In this document: positions 9,912-22,497 of the stretch, piece after piece
How the letters are laid out: each line of letters starts with the position of its first letter
How positions within the stretch are numbered: the first letter of the stretch is position 1
Origin: Tetramitus jugosus
Lineage: Eukaryota; Protista; Heterolobosea
Length of the DNA: 64,000 bases
Direction: 5' to 3'
NCBI GenBank assembly: GCA_937625935.1
Contig: OW569348.1
Span: forward strand, 434,001-498,000
Position numbers and translations under genes: made by a program
Notes under the pieces: model-generated
Databases searched by the model: none
What the model was told of the DNA's origin: nothing
What the model saw: the letters and a program-made list of their open reading frames with translations, nothing else

Positions 9912-10772
9912 TTACTTGTGTAGCTGAATGTATTCAACAATGCTTTGCCTGTCGAGACCTTTTCCCTTCACGCCAACCTTGTGCAAAAAGTAGTCCATGT
10001 ATCGCTCTTCGTCCTCTTGGAATGCTTTGCCCTCCTTGAGCCCTCGATAAATTGTGTGCAAATACGCAGAAGATGGTGCATTGAATGGTATTTCATGCTC
10101 TTGCCAAATGTGGTTCATTGCATAATTTGTGAAGGAGAAGATGGGATAGTTGTCTTTGGAGCCCAAGTACACCAACATGTCGTACCACTTTCTTTGTTGT
10201 TCCAATGGATCACTCGTCGAATCATTCAAAAAGTCAATTGTGTGATAGGCAGAACTATCACCACCAGACTCCTCCTCTGCCATCCACTGTGCAGTCTGTG
10301 GCAACACGACACTCTGAAACGTTTGTTCCAATCGATCAATCGCTTCTCGATCATGAATACCATTCTCTTGAGCCACGACATCAACAAATTGATCCACAGT
10401 GATCAAATACAATCGAACGACAGTTGACTGAGAAGCAACAGTTGTTGTTGTTGCAGTCGTCACCGATTCTGTCACAACAGGTTTGTGCTGTCGAATGAAA
10501 GCAGATCCACCTCCACCCCACGATGGCGATTCCTTTGCAAAAAAGAGCTCTACATGCTGCAGTTCATGAAACATGTCCATTCTGGGATTGGATTTTGTTC
10601 GGCAGCCCATGTGATGATGAAAGCCATTCTTGGGTGTGCCTCCCTGGATGTATACGTTGAATCGATCAAAGTTCAGATTAGATCCATAACAGCAGTACCA
10701 TACCATGGGTTGCTGTTGCTGCTGTTGTTTCTGGTCAACTACTTGTTGTTGTGCATTGTTTGATTCATCCAT
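9912..10772 (-). CDS. GGCT-like fold protein resembling the C-terminal domain of plant HDA5 deacetylases
   Basis: VWYCCYGSNL..RF..YIQGG, LFFAKES.SWGGGG.AF, LYLIT..QF.DV..QEN and P...Y...I.RGL.EG match that family as I recall it. No deacetylase domain is present. Confidence 0.65.
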   Translation of the reverse strand: MDESNNAQQQVVDQKQQQQQQPMVWYCCYGSNLNFDRFNVYIQGGTPKNGFHHHMGCRTKSNPRMDMFHELQHVELFFAKESPSWGGGGSAFIRQHKPVVTESVTTATTTTVASQSTVVRLYLITVDQFVDVVAQENGIHDREAIDRLEQTFQSVVLPQTAQWMAEEESGGDSSAYHTIDFLNDSTSDPLEQQRKWYDMLVYLGSKDNYPIFSFTNYAMNHIWQEHEIPFNAPSSAYLHTIYRGLKEGKAFQEDEERYMDYFLHKVGVKGKGLDRQSIVEYIQLHK

Positions 10773-10853
10773 TGTTTTTGAGCTTTTGTTGTTTTGATAT
10801 TCGAAACGGAGTTATTGGATATGAAATCCGATCGAATTGGGAACCACGTGGTT

Positions 10854-13800
10854 TTATTGCTTCAGGGAAGACAAGGATTTCAATTGGAGTGCAAAGGTAC
10901 GGATCTGAGAAGGGTTGAGAGAAACGGTGAAGCTGTCGTTTTGTTCAGCCACGGAGCTCTCCTTGTAGTGGTTTCCTGATAGATAAGTTTCCTTGTATGC
11001 AGATACAACAAGGGACTTGTCAGAGAACCAGTTTTGTACTTGGACGGACTCTGGATGAGCAGGTTCATTCTCTTCCATAATGTGATGCAATCTGAAAAGT
11101 GCTTTAGATGGATCATTGCGAGAATCAGCCTGCAATGACATGAGATGCACATCGCTTGGCAAATCATGATGCACGGCACTATACCAAGTGTAAAACAATT
11201 GAGCATATGAGGCTGGATTGTCAATATTGAGTCTGTTCCATTCAGGCAAAGTGGTATCGACACGGTACACATCAACTGGATAGTTGAATGTGTGAGCTAG
11301 CGAGTGACGTTGGCTTACTGATTTCTGTGGAGACTCAATCATCAACCTCAACGTAATAAATACAGTGCTTGTGTCGTCTAGTGGTCTACCGAGACCTCTG
11401 CCATCGTCCATTGATGTTCTACGATGAAGCATGACTTCTGCTTGACCATCTTGTAGAGAGGCAATTCCTCTTGATTGATCTGCCAAGATTGTCAGTTGAG
11501 CACGATCGTCCTTTAGATGAGAGGAGGAAACAATCGGATAGAAGTTGGCAGTGTTCGTATTATCCTGTTCATTTCTTCTTGTTCTTTCCAGAGTTGTGTA
11601 TCCATTGTTATCCGTATAAAGCTTGCCCTTGGATGCAATATTCGTACTGAACACGGTTACGAGCTCCTTATCCTCGGGCATCTCTCCGATCTCATAACAA
11701 ATCTCAACAAAGTTGTTCATGCTATTCAAGCTGCTGTCACTCGAATTGTACAGTCTAACAATCTGCTTGGCATATGGTGAGAAGTATTGGTGAATCTCCT
11801 GCACAAATTGACCATTATAGCTTGTTGAAACGATACTGGTACTGACTGGTGTCTTTGATGGATCATCGCTCTTGAAGATATATGCACCAGAGTTCTGCAT
11901 GCCTCTCTGTGCCATGCTATCGTATTGCATCAAGTTTTGATCCAGCTTGATTTCAATACCGCTAACCTTGTTCTTGATGCTGCAAATTCTTGTACTATTG
12001 GATTCGGTAGAGCAAAAAGTTACGTCGTAAACTGGGTTTGATAGGCGCATAGATGCATCCGTGGCCTTATTTTTCTCCTTTTTCGTTTCTGCAAGTTGGA
12101 GGAAGTAGGTACTATAACCAACTGCAGGGACAGCTTCAATGGTTTCAAATACAATCTCATATTTTTGAGCAGAGAGTTGAACAGTATCGAATCGCAGTTT
12201 TCTGCCTGCAGAATCAGTTATGACGGCATTGTTTGTCGAAGTATAGAGGCGAATTGTTTGACGGAGTGACCAACCGAGAGAGTTAAATAGCACTAGTGGA
12301 ATCATCTGGCTATGTGGAGCAGTCGTGAAGTCATTGCCTTGAATATAGGATATTGGCAGAGGATTCTTTGATTTCTTTGTAAGTGTCGACAATGAATCAC
12401 TAGCGACTGAAGAAACACGTTTCAATCCATCGACAATGAAATCAGTATACATCTGAACAACATCAGTTCTTTCCGTACCGGTAATACCATCGTGATGTTG
12501 AACATAACCGTTGGCAGATCTCAAATCATTCAATCGATCATAACCATCCTTGAAGGATTGTAAGTCTGATTTTTGAGATTGGGATAGGACGAATAGAGCT
12601 TCAGCAGATCTGGCAATTCTTTCACTAGTTCTTGCCAAGTGTTTCAATTGTGGTCTCGATGTGAAATAGCCTGTCCAATAAGAGTTTGAATTGTCGGCAT
12701 ATGGGAAAAAGTCAGAGTCGTACCTTGGGAAGTTGGATGACAATGGCTTAATGCTATCAAAATACTCTGACAGCAAGGAGTACTTCACATTGATATTGAA
12801 CTTGTCCTTATTGTTGTTAATGTACTGAATCAACAGGGTCATGTTACTAAAGTTCTTCTCAGAATCACGGAACTCAAAGTCATCACCAAATGGAACCAAC
12901 AAGTGATTTGTTCGGAACGATTGAGCTCTCTGTCTAAAAATACTGACCAATTGATAAGCTCTAATCTCAATATTCCTTTCGTTAATAGGTGGACTGTGGT
13001 CTGGAGCACAGCAAGGATAGGCTCCCTCAAAGTCAAATCCATCTGGAGCAGAGTAGTGATGATACAGAATGTGAGATAGAATGCTCTGTTCGTTAGACAC
13101 CTTCCAATTGAATTCCAGAGTCTTATTATTGATCATCTCTTCCTTAATTCTATAATCAACACGATTGTACACCAAATAATCAAAACCCATCTCCTTGTAC
13201 ATTCGAGCATTGGCCTGAGAGGCTCCAAATGGATCAATATCCCATCCCACTCTCGGAATTGCCAAATCACCAAACAATTCCTTCAGGTACCTGTGACCGT
13301 GAGTCATCTGATCAATATTGGCATGGTATGTTGTCGATGCATGATCATTCATGACCCAACCACCAATAATAAACTCAATTTGTCTATTCTGGAGCAATTG
13401 TCTGAATTGAGCCTTCTTTGTATCACTGATTTCTGACCACCAGATGGAGAAGAAGCTTGTTTCGACCCAAATGAACCGACGATCCGGATTCTTTGCTAAG
13501 CCTTCAGTCACCGAATTCAAGATTGACCTGACTGCACCTTGATAGTACTGTTCAACAGTGTACAACCATCCGGGATCACCTGTAGTAACGAACAACAACA
13601 TTTTGAGAAAGCAAAGTTAGAACCACCAATTCTCTGCAGGACAAAATCACAATCAATGACAAATGAACCGAAAGCTAACCTCTTTTCATTTACCATTGTG
13701 AACACAAAATGAAAAAACAACAACAACAGTCACACATACAATGAGAATGAGGAATGAGATGGACATTGAGTAATTCTTGATTGTCTTTCCATGAAGAGAC

Positions 13801-13917
13801 ATCAGCAGAAGCAGGCCGTGGTCGTGGAGCCACAAAACGTGCTGCACTAGCAACATTGATTGTCCACAATGACAGTATCACAAGCAACAACAACAACGGA
13901 ACAGTGAATAATCTCAT
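10854..13917 (-). CDS. Lysosomal-type alpha-mannosidase (GH38); exons 13917-13740 and 13579-10854
   Basis: Signal peptide; splicing restores VHLIPHSHCDPGWL; also GWDIDPFG, PFGDDF, YWTGYFTSRP and QHHDGITGT. Confidence 0.95.
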
Positions 13918-14085
13918 GATGCTTGCTCTATTTCTACAATGTTATTTGTTTGTTGTTTTGTGCGTGTTTTTTTGTTTTATCGGACTGGAAGGTTTTCAAC
14001 TACAAATTAGGCAATAGTACGGCATCGGATCAGAATATTGGAGAAGAATGGAAATTAAATATCATATGTCGATCGTTTGTAAAAG

Positions 14086-16182
14086 TTAGTACTGCGCTGC
14101 AATTCTCTGGAGGACAACAGGGCTAATATTCTTGTGAATACGAACAGAATCCTCATGAGAATAGAGTGCCACAAATGGTGAGATTGCATGTTCTAACTTG
14201 AATCTACTAAAGAATATTTCGTCCTGTTCACTGTTATCCTTGAGTAGAGCCATCCTTTGGTTTTTGCTGTCAACAATCAGAGTCACGCGGTCTCCCATTC
14301 CAAACTTGAGATTTGAGGTAGATCCTGTCTGTGTTGATCCTGAATATAACCCACCGTTATAGCCATAGAACCAATAGCGAGTGTTTGGTGTGGAAAAGCC
14401 GATGCGAATATTTCTGTGATGGTCACACTTGTCAATTGTAAACGAAAGAGCGAATACTTGTGCACCTTTGAGTTCAATCGTTGGCAGATAATAGGATAGC
14501 CAACTTGTTGCATTGTGCTTAATCACCCAACCATCATCACTAAATCTACATGTAGGAGGCTTTTGATTGAACGAGATGGTTCGAAGACATGTACGTCCTT
14601 CATTTAGATTAGCAAACGCTCGGAGTTTGTTGTGGTACTTTGTATCGAGGGCGCTAAAGTCAATCAAACCAATCAAATCTTTTGTCTTGAGCAATACTTC
14701 ATCAGAGAGATATTTCTCTTCATTTTCGAGTGCCACCCCCTTGATATTCAATACTGTTCCAGACAGTTGAAAGTGTCCCCAAGCAATCACTGCTCTGAGC
14801 AAGTGGACTTCAGACTCGATTGCTAAGATCTTGTTACACAGAATTAATCTCACTGACTCTTCAGTTAACTCGAGGAAGGAAGGACTCTGGATAACTGTTT
14901 CAGCATTATTCGCAATCAAGTTCATGAGATGCTTCTCTAACGATGAGTCAAATTTACCAACAAGATCAAACATTGGACACAATGAGGCATAATCTTCTCC
15001 TACTTGCAACAGAATGGTCGAAGAGCACTGATCTTTCAAGTCGTTCATCATGTACTCAGAACTAATGGCCAACAGTTCGACTACGTTGCCAGTTGTAATT
15101 TCAATCATTCCAGTGTACAAATAATTGATGAACGCATAAAACGTTTCGTATGAGTAATTGTGAATAACGATATCAATGACTGTTGCCTGACTCTCTCTCA
15201 TATTGCTCGTGAACATGGATAGAAACACAGGACACCTTAGAGCCAGTATCATTCGATGTGCCATCAACTCCCTCACAGCATTACCACTACTATCACAGGT
15301 AGTACTCGTATCACAACTGCCATTATCTTCATCCAGCCAAACAAATCGAACATCGCAGAGCAATTGAGATTCGAAGCATGACTTCAAATCCGAGTACAAC
15401 TTATCTCTTTCTGTTTTCACAGTCTTCTTTTCGTTCAATAACTGACCATGTTGTTTCACAGAGGAGACACACTTGTCATCACATGCTCTCTTGAACGTTG
15501 ATACAATATTATCTTCGAACCATTGTGAGCTCACATACGCGTTGCATTGATAGCACCAACATTCCAAAGTGTCACAAGACAGCACAGCACAGTGAGAAGA
15601 AGAAGCAGCTGAACACTTATCAGAGGCTGAACTAGTCTTACTATGAGATGCATACAGTTCTTCTCCAGTGGACAAGAACACTGATGGTGATGAATGTTCC
15701 CAATTGATTGCATCACGCTTCGTCTGTTGATAATGCTCCTCTGCGTGACCCTCCAGTAGTCTACCACAGAACACTTGCAAACAACCGAGACAAATATAGT
15801 GACCAGAGAGACCACCCTTGTTGACCGATGATGACTTTGATGAGTCATTGTTGTTGTTCATGTCATCCAGGTAGTAGTCATCATTGGTAATCTTGGTAGT
15901 AGCCGTCGAAGGAGTAATGACTTTAAATGATGGCAATGAAGTTTCCTGACAGGACAAACCACCGACTGTACAGGCACTGTGACACAATTCTCGGTGCAAG
16001 GTCATTCGATTGAGAATGTCAAATGTGTTCATGTGGGGAGACGTGGAAGAGATGTGGGGACATGTATCGTATGATGTGAACCATTTTCGATTATAGTCCG
16101 GATTGTTGCTGATCATCTTTGTTGTTTGTTTTGTGACAACTGGTTCTCTGATTGATGTTCTCGGGTGATTGAAGTCCGACAT
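14086..16182 (-). CDS. ZnF-UBP + BTB/BACK + SPRY-like domain protein
   Basis: CPH..CLGC..VFCGR..GHAEEH..H..WCYQC..YV (ZnF-UBP), CDVRF..AHRMILALRCPVF..MF..MRES..YLYTG (BTB), ESEVHLLRAVIAW (BACK), and IRIGF..FGMGDRV..SPFVAL (SPRY-like). Confidence 0.75.
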   Translation of the reverse strand: MSDFNHPRTSIREPVVTKQTTKMISNNPDYNRKWFTSYDTCPHISSTSPHMNTFDILNRMTLHRELCHSACTVGGLSCQETSLPSFKVITPSTATTKITNDDYYLDDMNNNNDSSKSSSVNKGGLSGHYICLGCLQVFCGRLLEGHAEEHYQQTKRDAINWEHSSPSVFLSTGEELYASHSKTSSASDKCSAASSSHCAVLSCDTLECWCYQCNAYVSSQWFEDNIVSTFKRACDDKCVSSVKQHGQLLNEKKTVKTERDKLYSDLKSCFESQLLCDVRFVWLDEDNGSCDTSTTCDSSGNAVRELMAHRMILALRCPVFLSMFTSNMRESQATVIDIVIHNYSYETFYAFINYLYTGMIEITTGNVVELLAISSEYMMNDLKDQCSSTILLQVGEDYASLCPMFDLVGKFDSSLEKHLMNLIANNAETVIQSPSFLELTEESVRLILCNKILAIESEVHLLRAVIAWGHFQLSGTVLNIKGVALENEEKYLSDEVLLKTKDLIGLIDFSALDTKYHNKLRAFANLNEGRTCLRTISFNQKPPTCRFSDDGWVIKHNATSWLSYYLPTIELKGAQVFALSFTIDKCDHHRNIRIGFSTPNTRYWFYGYNGGLYSGSTQTGSTSNLKFGMGDRVTLIVDSKNQRMALLKDNSEQDEIFFSRFKLEHAISPFVALYSHEDSVRIHKNISPVVLQRIAAQY

Positions 16183-16526
16183 GGTGTCAGATTGGACAGA
16201 TTTACAGATTGGAAGAGAATTTGCCAGAACTGTTCGAACGCCGCGTTAGAATAAAGCTCACGTCATCAACTGATTGAGAAGTTTCGCAAAGTGTCAGTCC
16301 CGTAGTACGGGTGATCATCTTGCTGCTCCGGGAAAAGATTTTCCTTCAATCCCTTGTGTGAAAAAGAAAAGGGAAAATTCTGGAAGATCTCATTCTTTCT
16401 CTCAAAAAACAAACAAACAACTTCTATTATCTCTGTTGATAAACAACAATATCAACAACCACAACTAACCAAAATCTCTCAATAAAGAGAACAACCATAA
16501 CATAAAACACACAGAATCGCTTAGAA

Positions 16527-18638
16527 ATGCTTTCGTCTGTACCTATTCGCGCCAAGAATGCTCTTTCGCGAAATCGCAAATCAATTCTCCGACCTCTCAT
16601 GGTCAACCAATCACAACAACAACATTTTGTAACCAATATACAAAGACAACCAACAAAAAAACTCCTTCAAAACAAAAATTCATCATTCACGACTACTACG
16701 ACTGTACGTCATCAACAACAACGACATGCTACAACAGCATCGACAACAACAACAACAACAAAAGCAACAGAGCTAAAAAGCAAGAATCCATCTCTGATGA
16801 GGCGCATCTTGTCTCCTCTGTGGAGAACATTTACCTTCTTGCTCAAACTGTTGCTCACACTGTTCATTGTGCTGTTGGTGCTCATTTTCTGGGGTGTTGA
16901 TGTGTATCGACTCATGGACGGCTCACAAGGCAGTATCAGTCTCCAATATCCCGAGTTGGCTCAATTTGTAGATGTGTTGGAGGGCACTGGTCGTTTTGTT
17001 CGTTGCATTGCAACTGTTTGTCTCATTGGTTTCCAATACTTTTTAGTTTGGTCATCGTACAGTCCATTGAACCTCTATTATTCATTGTTGGAACCAGAGA
17101 TGGTATCGGATGAGAAACTGTTGCGCGAGAGAAAGGATCGCGTGCATCAGTATGGTGCTGACAAGATGCTTGAACTGTTTCGACGACAAAAGGGTCTCTA
17201 TATCAAGATTGGACAACAAGTGGCGTCAATGGCCGGTTTCATACCCGATCAATACGTGGACACGTTAAAAGTCATGAGAAATCAGGCACCGACCATTACG
17301 TTTGATGAGGTGAGACGTGTGATACGAGAGGATCTCGGACAATCGATTGAAGAGTTGTACGAGTCGTTTGAACCAACACCGATTGCATCGGCATCGTTGG
17401 CTCAAGTGCACCGTGCGATACTAAAGGACGGAAGTGTAGTGGCAGTCAAGGTTCAGTACCCGTATGTGCGCACGTTTTTCGATGCGGATATCAATGCAAG
17501 AGACGCCAGTTCTCGTCTCGCTACCTACATGTACTACATGCAGGAGAATCCGGATGACATTGCAGAGTTGATTGAGCTCAATGATTCGTTTGCTGATGAG
17601 ATGAAGAAGGCAATGAGAGATGAACTCGACTTTAAGAAGGAGGCACGAAATGCGACACGTGCGCGAAACAATTTCAAGAACAGGTCCGATGTCTATGTGC
17701 CAGAGGTGATGGATAGACTGACGAGTCAACGGGTATTGACGATGGAGTTTATTGATAACGCATGCTATTCGACAGATAGAGAAGCATTGCTCAATATGGG
17801 TTTTTCATTGAAGGATGTCGGTTACAAGATTATTGATGCCTTTGCAGAGCAAACGTTTGTTCATGGTCATTTGAACGGAGATCCACATCCAGCGAATGTG
17901 CTCGTGAGGAGGAATCCAAAGAATCCAACACAACCACAGGTTGTGATTTTGGATCATGGACTATACAAGGACCTGACAGATGATTTCAGACAACAGTATG
18001 CCAAATTCTGGCAATCCATTGTATTGCAAGATGATGAAGGAATCAAAGAGTATTGTGACAGATTGGGCATTAGAGATTACAAGCTCTATGCTAGTATGAT
18101 TATGATGCAGGGGTATGACGATCTTATACCTGCAGCAGATTTGAACACTGAAGGAACAATGAAGACCCAGGGTGGCAAAGATTTGCTGCAAGAGCGGAAA
18201 GTATCTGCTGAAGAAATGATGAAGCTCGAAGAGATGATGCAAGACAAAAAAGAAGATTTCATGAACATCTATAGAAATTTCCCTCCGGAGATGATGATGA
18301 TCATGAGAACAGACAACTTACTTCGTGCGTTAAATCAAGAGCTCGGCAATGGAACTTCTGTGGTCAACCGATTTGCGATAATGGCAAGGGCTGCTTCAAG
18401 AGGAGTGTATTTCTCGAACACCAATGACGAACAGACCTCAAGGACATGGAGAGACCGATTCGCACGGTGGAAAGGACAGATCAAGTTCGAACTGCGATTA
18501 GCTGTCATTCGAGTGCAGAGTTGGTTGGCTTCGTTGTACGTCTCAATCTTTGGTATGCCAAAGATTGAGAACATCATGGCCAACTTGCAAATCAGAGAAG
18601 AAATTGAGCTCGTCGAATCAGCAAAACATCACGATTAA
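16527..18638 (+). CDS. ABC1/UbiB atypical kinase (ADCK1/ADCK5-like), probably mitochondrial
   Basis: GLYIKIGQ, PIASASLAQVH, VAVKVQYP, ELDFKKEARN, VLTMEFI, NGDPHPAN and ILDHGL. Confidence 0.92.
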   Translation: MLSSVPIRAKNALSRNRKSILRPLMVNQSQQQHFVTNIQRQPTKKLLQNKNSSFTTTTTVRHQQQRHATTASTTTTTTKATELKSKNPSLMRRILSPLWRTFTFLLKLLLTLFIVLLVLIFWGVDVYRLMDGSQGSISLQYPELAQFVDVLEGTGRFVRCIATVCLIGFQYFLVWSSYSPLNLYYSLLEPEMVSDEKLLRERKDRVHQYGADKMLELFRRQKGLYIKIGQQVASMAGFIPDQYVDTLKVMRNQAPTITFDEVRRVIREDLGQSIEELYESFEPTPIASASLAQVHRAILKDGSVVAVKVQYPYVRTFFDADINARDASSRLATYMYYMQENPDDIAELIELNDSFADEMKKAMRDELDFKKEARNATRARNNFKNRSDVYVPEVMDRLTSQRVLTMEFIDNACYSTDREALLNMGFSLKDVGYKIIDAFAEQTFVHGHLNGDPHPANVLVRRNPKNPTQPQVVILDHGLYKDLTDDFRQQYAKFWQSIVLQDDEGIKEYCDRLGIRDYKLYASMIMMQGYDDLIPAADLNTEGTMKTQGGKDLLQERKVSAEEMMKLEEMMQDKKEDFMNIYRNFPPEMMMIMRTDNLLRALNQELGNGTSVVNRFAIMARAASRGVYFSNTNDEQTSRTWRDRFARWKGQIKFELRLAVIRVQSWLASLYVSIFGMPKIENIMANLQIREEIELVESAKHHD

Positions 18639-18917
18639 TTAAAGGTGGCGAAACAATTAGAACAAAGAAGAATTGGTGACTTACAGTTGCTCAAGTCAAA
18701 GGTGAAAACACACAAGTTTTAAAGTGCCTTAATACAATGCTTAAATTATGAAACTTATTTATTACCATACTCGCTGGCTCTCAAAAAAATTGGTGGTATT
18801 GCCTACTTGTATATGTACAACGAATTGTTTGTTCCCCGTTAATAGCAGGATGTTGACAAATAGGTGGATCAAGGTGTCATTCTCAATAAAATGAACACAT
18901 TACCATTGATCTGTCAC

Positions 18918-21900
18918 TTATTCTGACAGGAAGAATGCAGGACCAAACACCGGTCTACATGATGGATCTTCACACATCAAGCTCGAGTTTTGGAAGTGAT
19001 TCACCAGCGCTTGCTTTCCTTGAATTCTGGCGTAGGTAATGTCACAAACCTTCTCGCTATTAAACTTTTCCCATTTCTTGGCATGGAAAGCATGGCAGAA
19101 TGGAATTATGGACAAGGGATCGACAAAATTAATGAACGCATATCCGACATTGCACTTGTTCTTAAAGTCAATGGGGAGATAGAAAAAGTCATACTTTGAC
19201 TGAAAATCTTGATCAATCGTCTGCAGAAGCATCTTTTGAGTATACTTGTTCGGTATATTCTTAACCATCAGAGTTGTTCGTCTGTCCAGTCCATACTTGA
19301 CCTTGTCCAGATCAAGATAAAACTTCTTGCGGTCTTCGGCCGACATGGCTCTGTTTCTGGATCTCATGCGATCGTGCATGCCGTTCTGTGCACCTGGCAT
19401 TGTGGTGGCTGAGCTGTGACTTCTTGATTTGTTGGAGATGTTGGCATATGGATTACCGCTCACAATAGTAAAATTGGCACCAGTTGGTGGAAGGCCGGTA
19501 GGATTGTTGTTGGCTGACTGAGGTGGATAGGTTGATGCCGGCATGTTGGCTGAGGATTGTGATGGCATGGATGGATCATGGTGATGATGATGAACATGAA
19601 TGTTACTATTGTTACTACTGTTGCTGCTACCACTATCCATCATCATATGCTGAGTGGAGGACAACACCACTTGAGGGGTCGATTCGACACCATTGTCCAT
19701 GATTCTAGGTGACACGAGTCGGAAATTGCTGCTGGCATTGTGAATCAAAGAGGAATGATCAGGCGCAAAAACTAGGGGCTGCATGGGAGTGTGGAGAGGC
19801 GTGGTGTTCATGGAGGGCATTGATGCGGGACTCCAAGTATTGGCCTGATGGAATGACTTATGTGGAGATGCAAACGCCTGATGTGGGGACATGGTGAATG
19901 AAGATGGTGACGATGTCTGCTGCTGCTGTTGCTGCTGAGGAGAAAATGATGGTTGATGGTGCTGTGGCAGGGAAAATGGTTGGACCTGAGGAGAATGAAT
20001 ACTCTTATTGAGAGCAAATGGAGAATGCGCAGTAGCTCCACCACCATACATTGCACCAACACCATTGTTCACATTGTTGTTGATTGTTGTGTTGCCTTGG
20101 CTCAACAGACTCATGTTCAATTGTTGTTGTTGTTGCTGCTGTTGTGGCATCGTATTAGAAGAGACAGCAGCGGCATTGTTGTACATCATATTCTCATTGA
20201 TAATTTGTTGTCTGCTGATGGATCCAACCATTCCTGTTCCAGAAGACAAATCATCCATGATTGGATTACCGTATGGAGATGATGCAAACAGCATGGAATC
20301 AGGGCTTGTTTCATTGCTTGAATGATTGGAGAGAGTGCCTTGAGGCGGTGGCATATTTTCCAGTTGCCACTGATACATGAGATTTCTTCGTGCGCCACCG
20401 GGACGAGATGGCTCAATCTTAATCTTCTTTCCTCTCAAATCAGTCTTGTTCAGGCACTTCATGGCTCTATCGGCATCTCTCACATCAAAAAACTCGATAA
20501 ACTTGTGGTGCTTCTTGTTGGGTGTCTCTCTAATTTCCTTAATTTCACCATAACTGCCAAAAATTTGATGCAATTCTTCATTGTTGATCCCAACATCCAG
20601 ATTGAACACGACAAGTGTTCCTTGATTCAAGTCCTTCTCTGTTGGATTCTCCTTTGGGATCGAATAATGGATATCAATCTTTCTTCTCTTAAAAATCTTG
20701 TGTTGCAAGTGCTTCATTGCATTCTTTGCGTGGCGAATGTCATAGTATGAGATCATGACGAATCCTCTGTGTTTGCAATGTGTGTACAGGCTGCGAATTG
20801 GACCAAAAGACTCAAAAATCTCTCTCAGTTCCGTATCTTCCACATGGCTAGAAATGTTGCGCACAAACAGAGTTCTCGATGGATGTTCACCCAATGGATG
20901 CTCCACTGCTGCTGCTGCTGCAGCTGCTGCCGCAGCACTGCTATTGGCCTGTGGTGAATTGGGAAGACCACTACTATTGTTCATCATCATCATATTCATT
21001 GCACTGTTGTTGTTGTTCATAAGACCACTCATCATCAAATCATGTCCAGTCATCATGTAATACTCTTGCAAGTCTTCAGGGGTCAATCCATGGTTCGACA
21101 TACCAGAAGTCATCATCAAATAGTCTTCTTCCCAAGTAGAGTCAACCATATTGTTGTTATTGTGGAATGAAGAGTGATTGTTGTTTGACATCATCATCAT
21201 ATGAGCACCATATCCATGTTGTTGCTGTTGATTGTCATCGGTAGGTGATGATCCATTCGAGTTATTGTTGTAATCAGATGTGGTGTCATCCCCATTGCTC
21301 AACATCTTGTTTTCTCTCCGACCACCGTTGCCACTCACACTACCAGATGACTTGACATGATTACCGTCTTCATCTTCATCATCTCCATAACCGTTCAATA
21401 ACACGTGAGAAATGGATTGATTCAATGATTCCAATTCATCATCATCTACATCTCTCCTATGCTGTTGTTGTTGTTGTTGATGCATCATCATGACTGAAGA
21501 AGAGGCAAACAGTGAAGATGATGATGATGCAGAGTGATCGACAGAGGAAGACATGGATGACGATGGTGAATTCGTATTGTTGGTCTGATGATGAGGACTG
21601 CGCATATGATGATGATGATGAGTGAGTGGTGATTGCTGTTGTCTCAGAGGACTATCCAAATTAGCACTCTTATCACTGTTACTATTCATGTTACTATTAT
21701 TACCACTGTTAGCACTATTACTATTGTTGTTATTGTTGTTCAATATGAGTGATCCTAATCCTCCAGATGATCCCAACAACAATCCATTATCACCATTGGA
21801 AGAACTATCCTGGTTGAACATGGTTGATGTTTCTGTTGTTCATCAAATAAAAAGAGTGAAAAAAAAATAAGTGTGAGAATGAGTCTGGCAAGAATACAAA

Positions 21901-22497
21901 AAAAAAGACTGGCGAAAAAAAAGCAAAAGACATACTGGAAATGTGACCTCCGATGGGTGATAGTGTCATTGAGAGTTTTCTCGCTGGTGAAACTACACTG
22001 CCACCACCACCACTGCTACCATTGTTGTTATCGCTCCATTGGTGTTGGATCATAAATGATTGCTGCTGTTGATGCTGACGATAAGGTGAAAATGGTGGTT
22101 GTTGTTGTGGCTGTGTTGGTTGTGCTTGATAATGATAGTGTTGTTGTTGTTGATGTAGTTGACTTTCGTTCAAATTGTCATTGATTGATACTCCTGCACC
22201 GTTATTGTTTTTGTTGGGCACCATCGATTGGTGTTGTTGCTGATAAAATTTTTGTTGTTGTTGATTGATATTGTTGTTCTGATTTTGTTGTTGTTGTTGT
22301 TGATTGAGAAATTGTTGTTGTTGGTGTTGTTGTTGAAGTTTGTTGTTGTCCATTGGCTTACCGTTTTCAACTACACAGTTCACAATCCCTTGCTCAAAGT
22401 GATTGTTGGTTGTGATTGTAGTGGTGGTAGTGGTGGATTCGGAGCTTGTGTTTTCGTGGTAATTTTCTTCCGAAGCAGAAAGTTCGGCGGAGGTCAT
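18918..22497 (-). CDS. Mei2-like RNA-binding protein (three RRMs, long Q/N-rich N-terminus); exons 22497-21936 and 21832-18918
   Basis: GEHPSRTLFVRNI, NQGTLVVFNLD, and the Mei2-type RRM3 (RTTLMVKNIPNKY..YDFFYLPIDFKNKCNVGYAFINF..YARIQG). The GTATGT...CAG intron keeps the frame. Confidence 0.93.

Noticed and set aside
8225-9940. 571-aa ORF antisense to glutamate dehydrogenase
   Set aside because: Long antisense frames are expected opposite highly expressed genes that avoid TTA, CTA and TCA codons. The product has no recognisable motifs.
19900-22350. CAA/CAG/AAC trinucleotide runs as repeat elements
   Set aside because: They encode poly-Q/N/H tracts found in many genes across the window and are a general genome trait.
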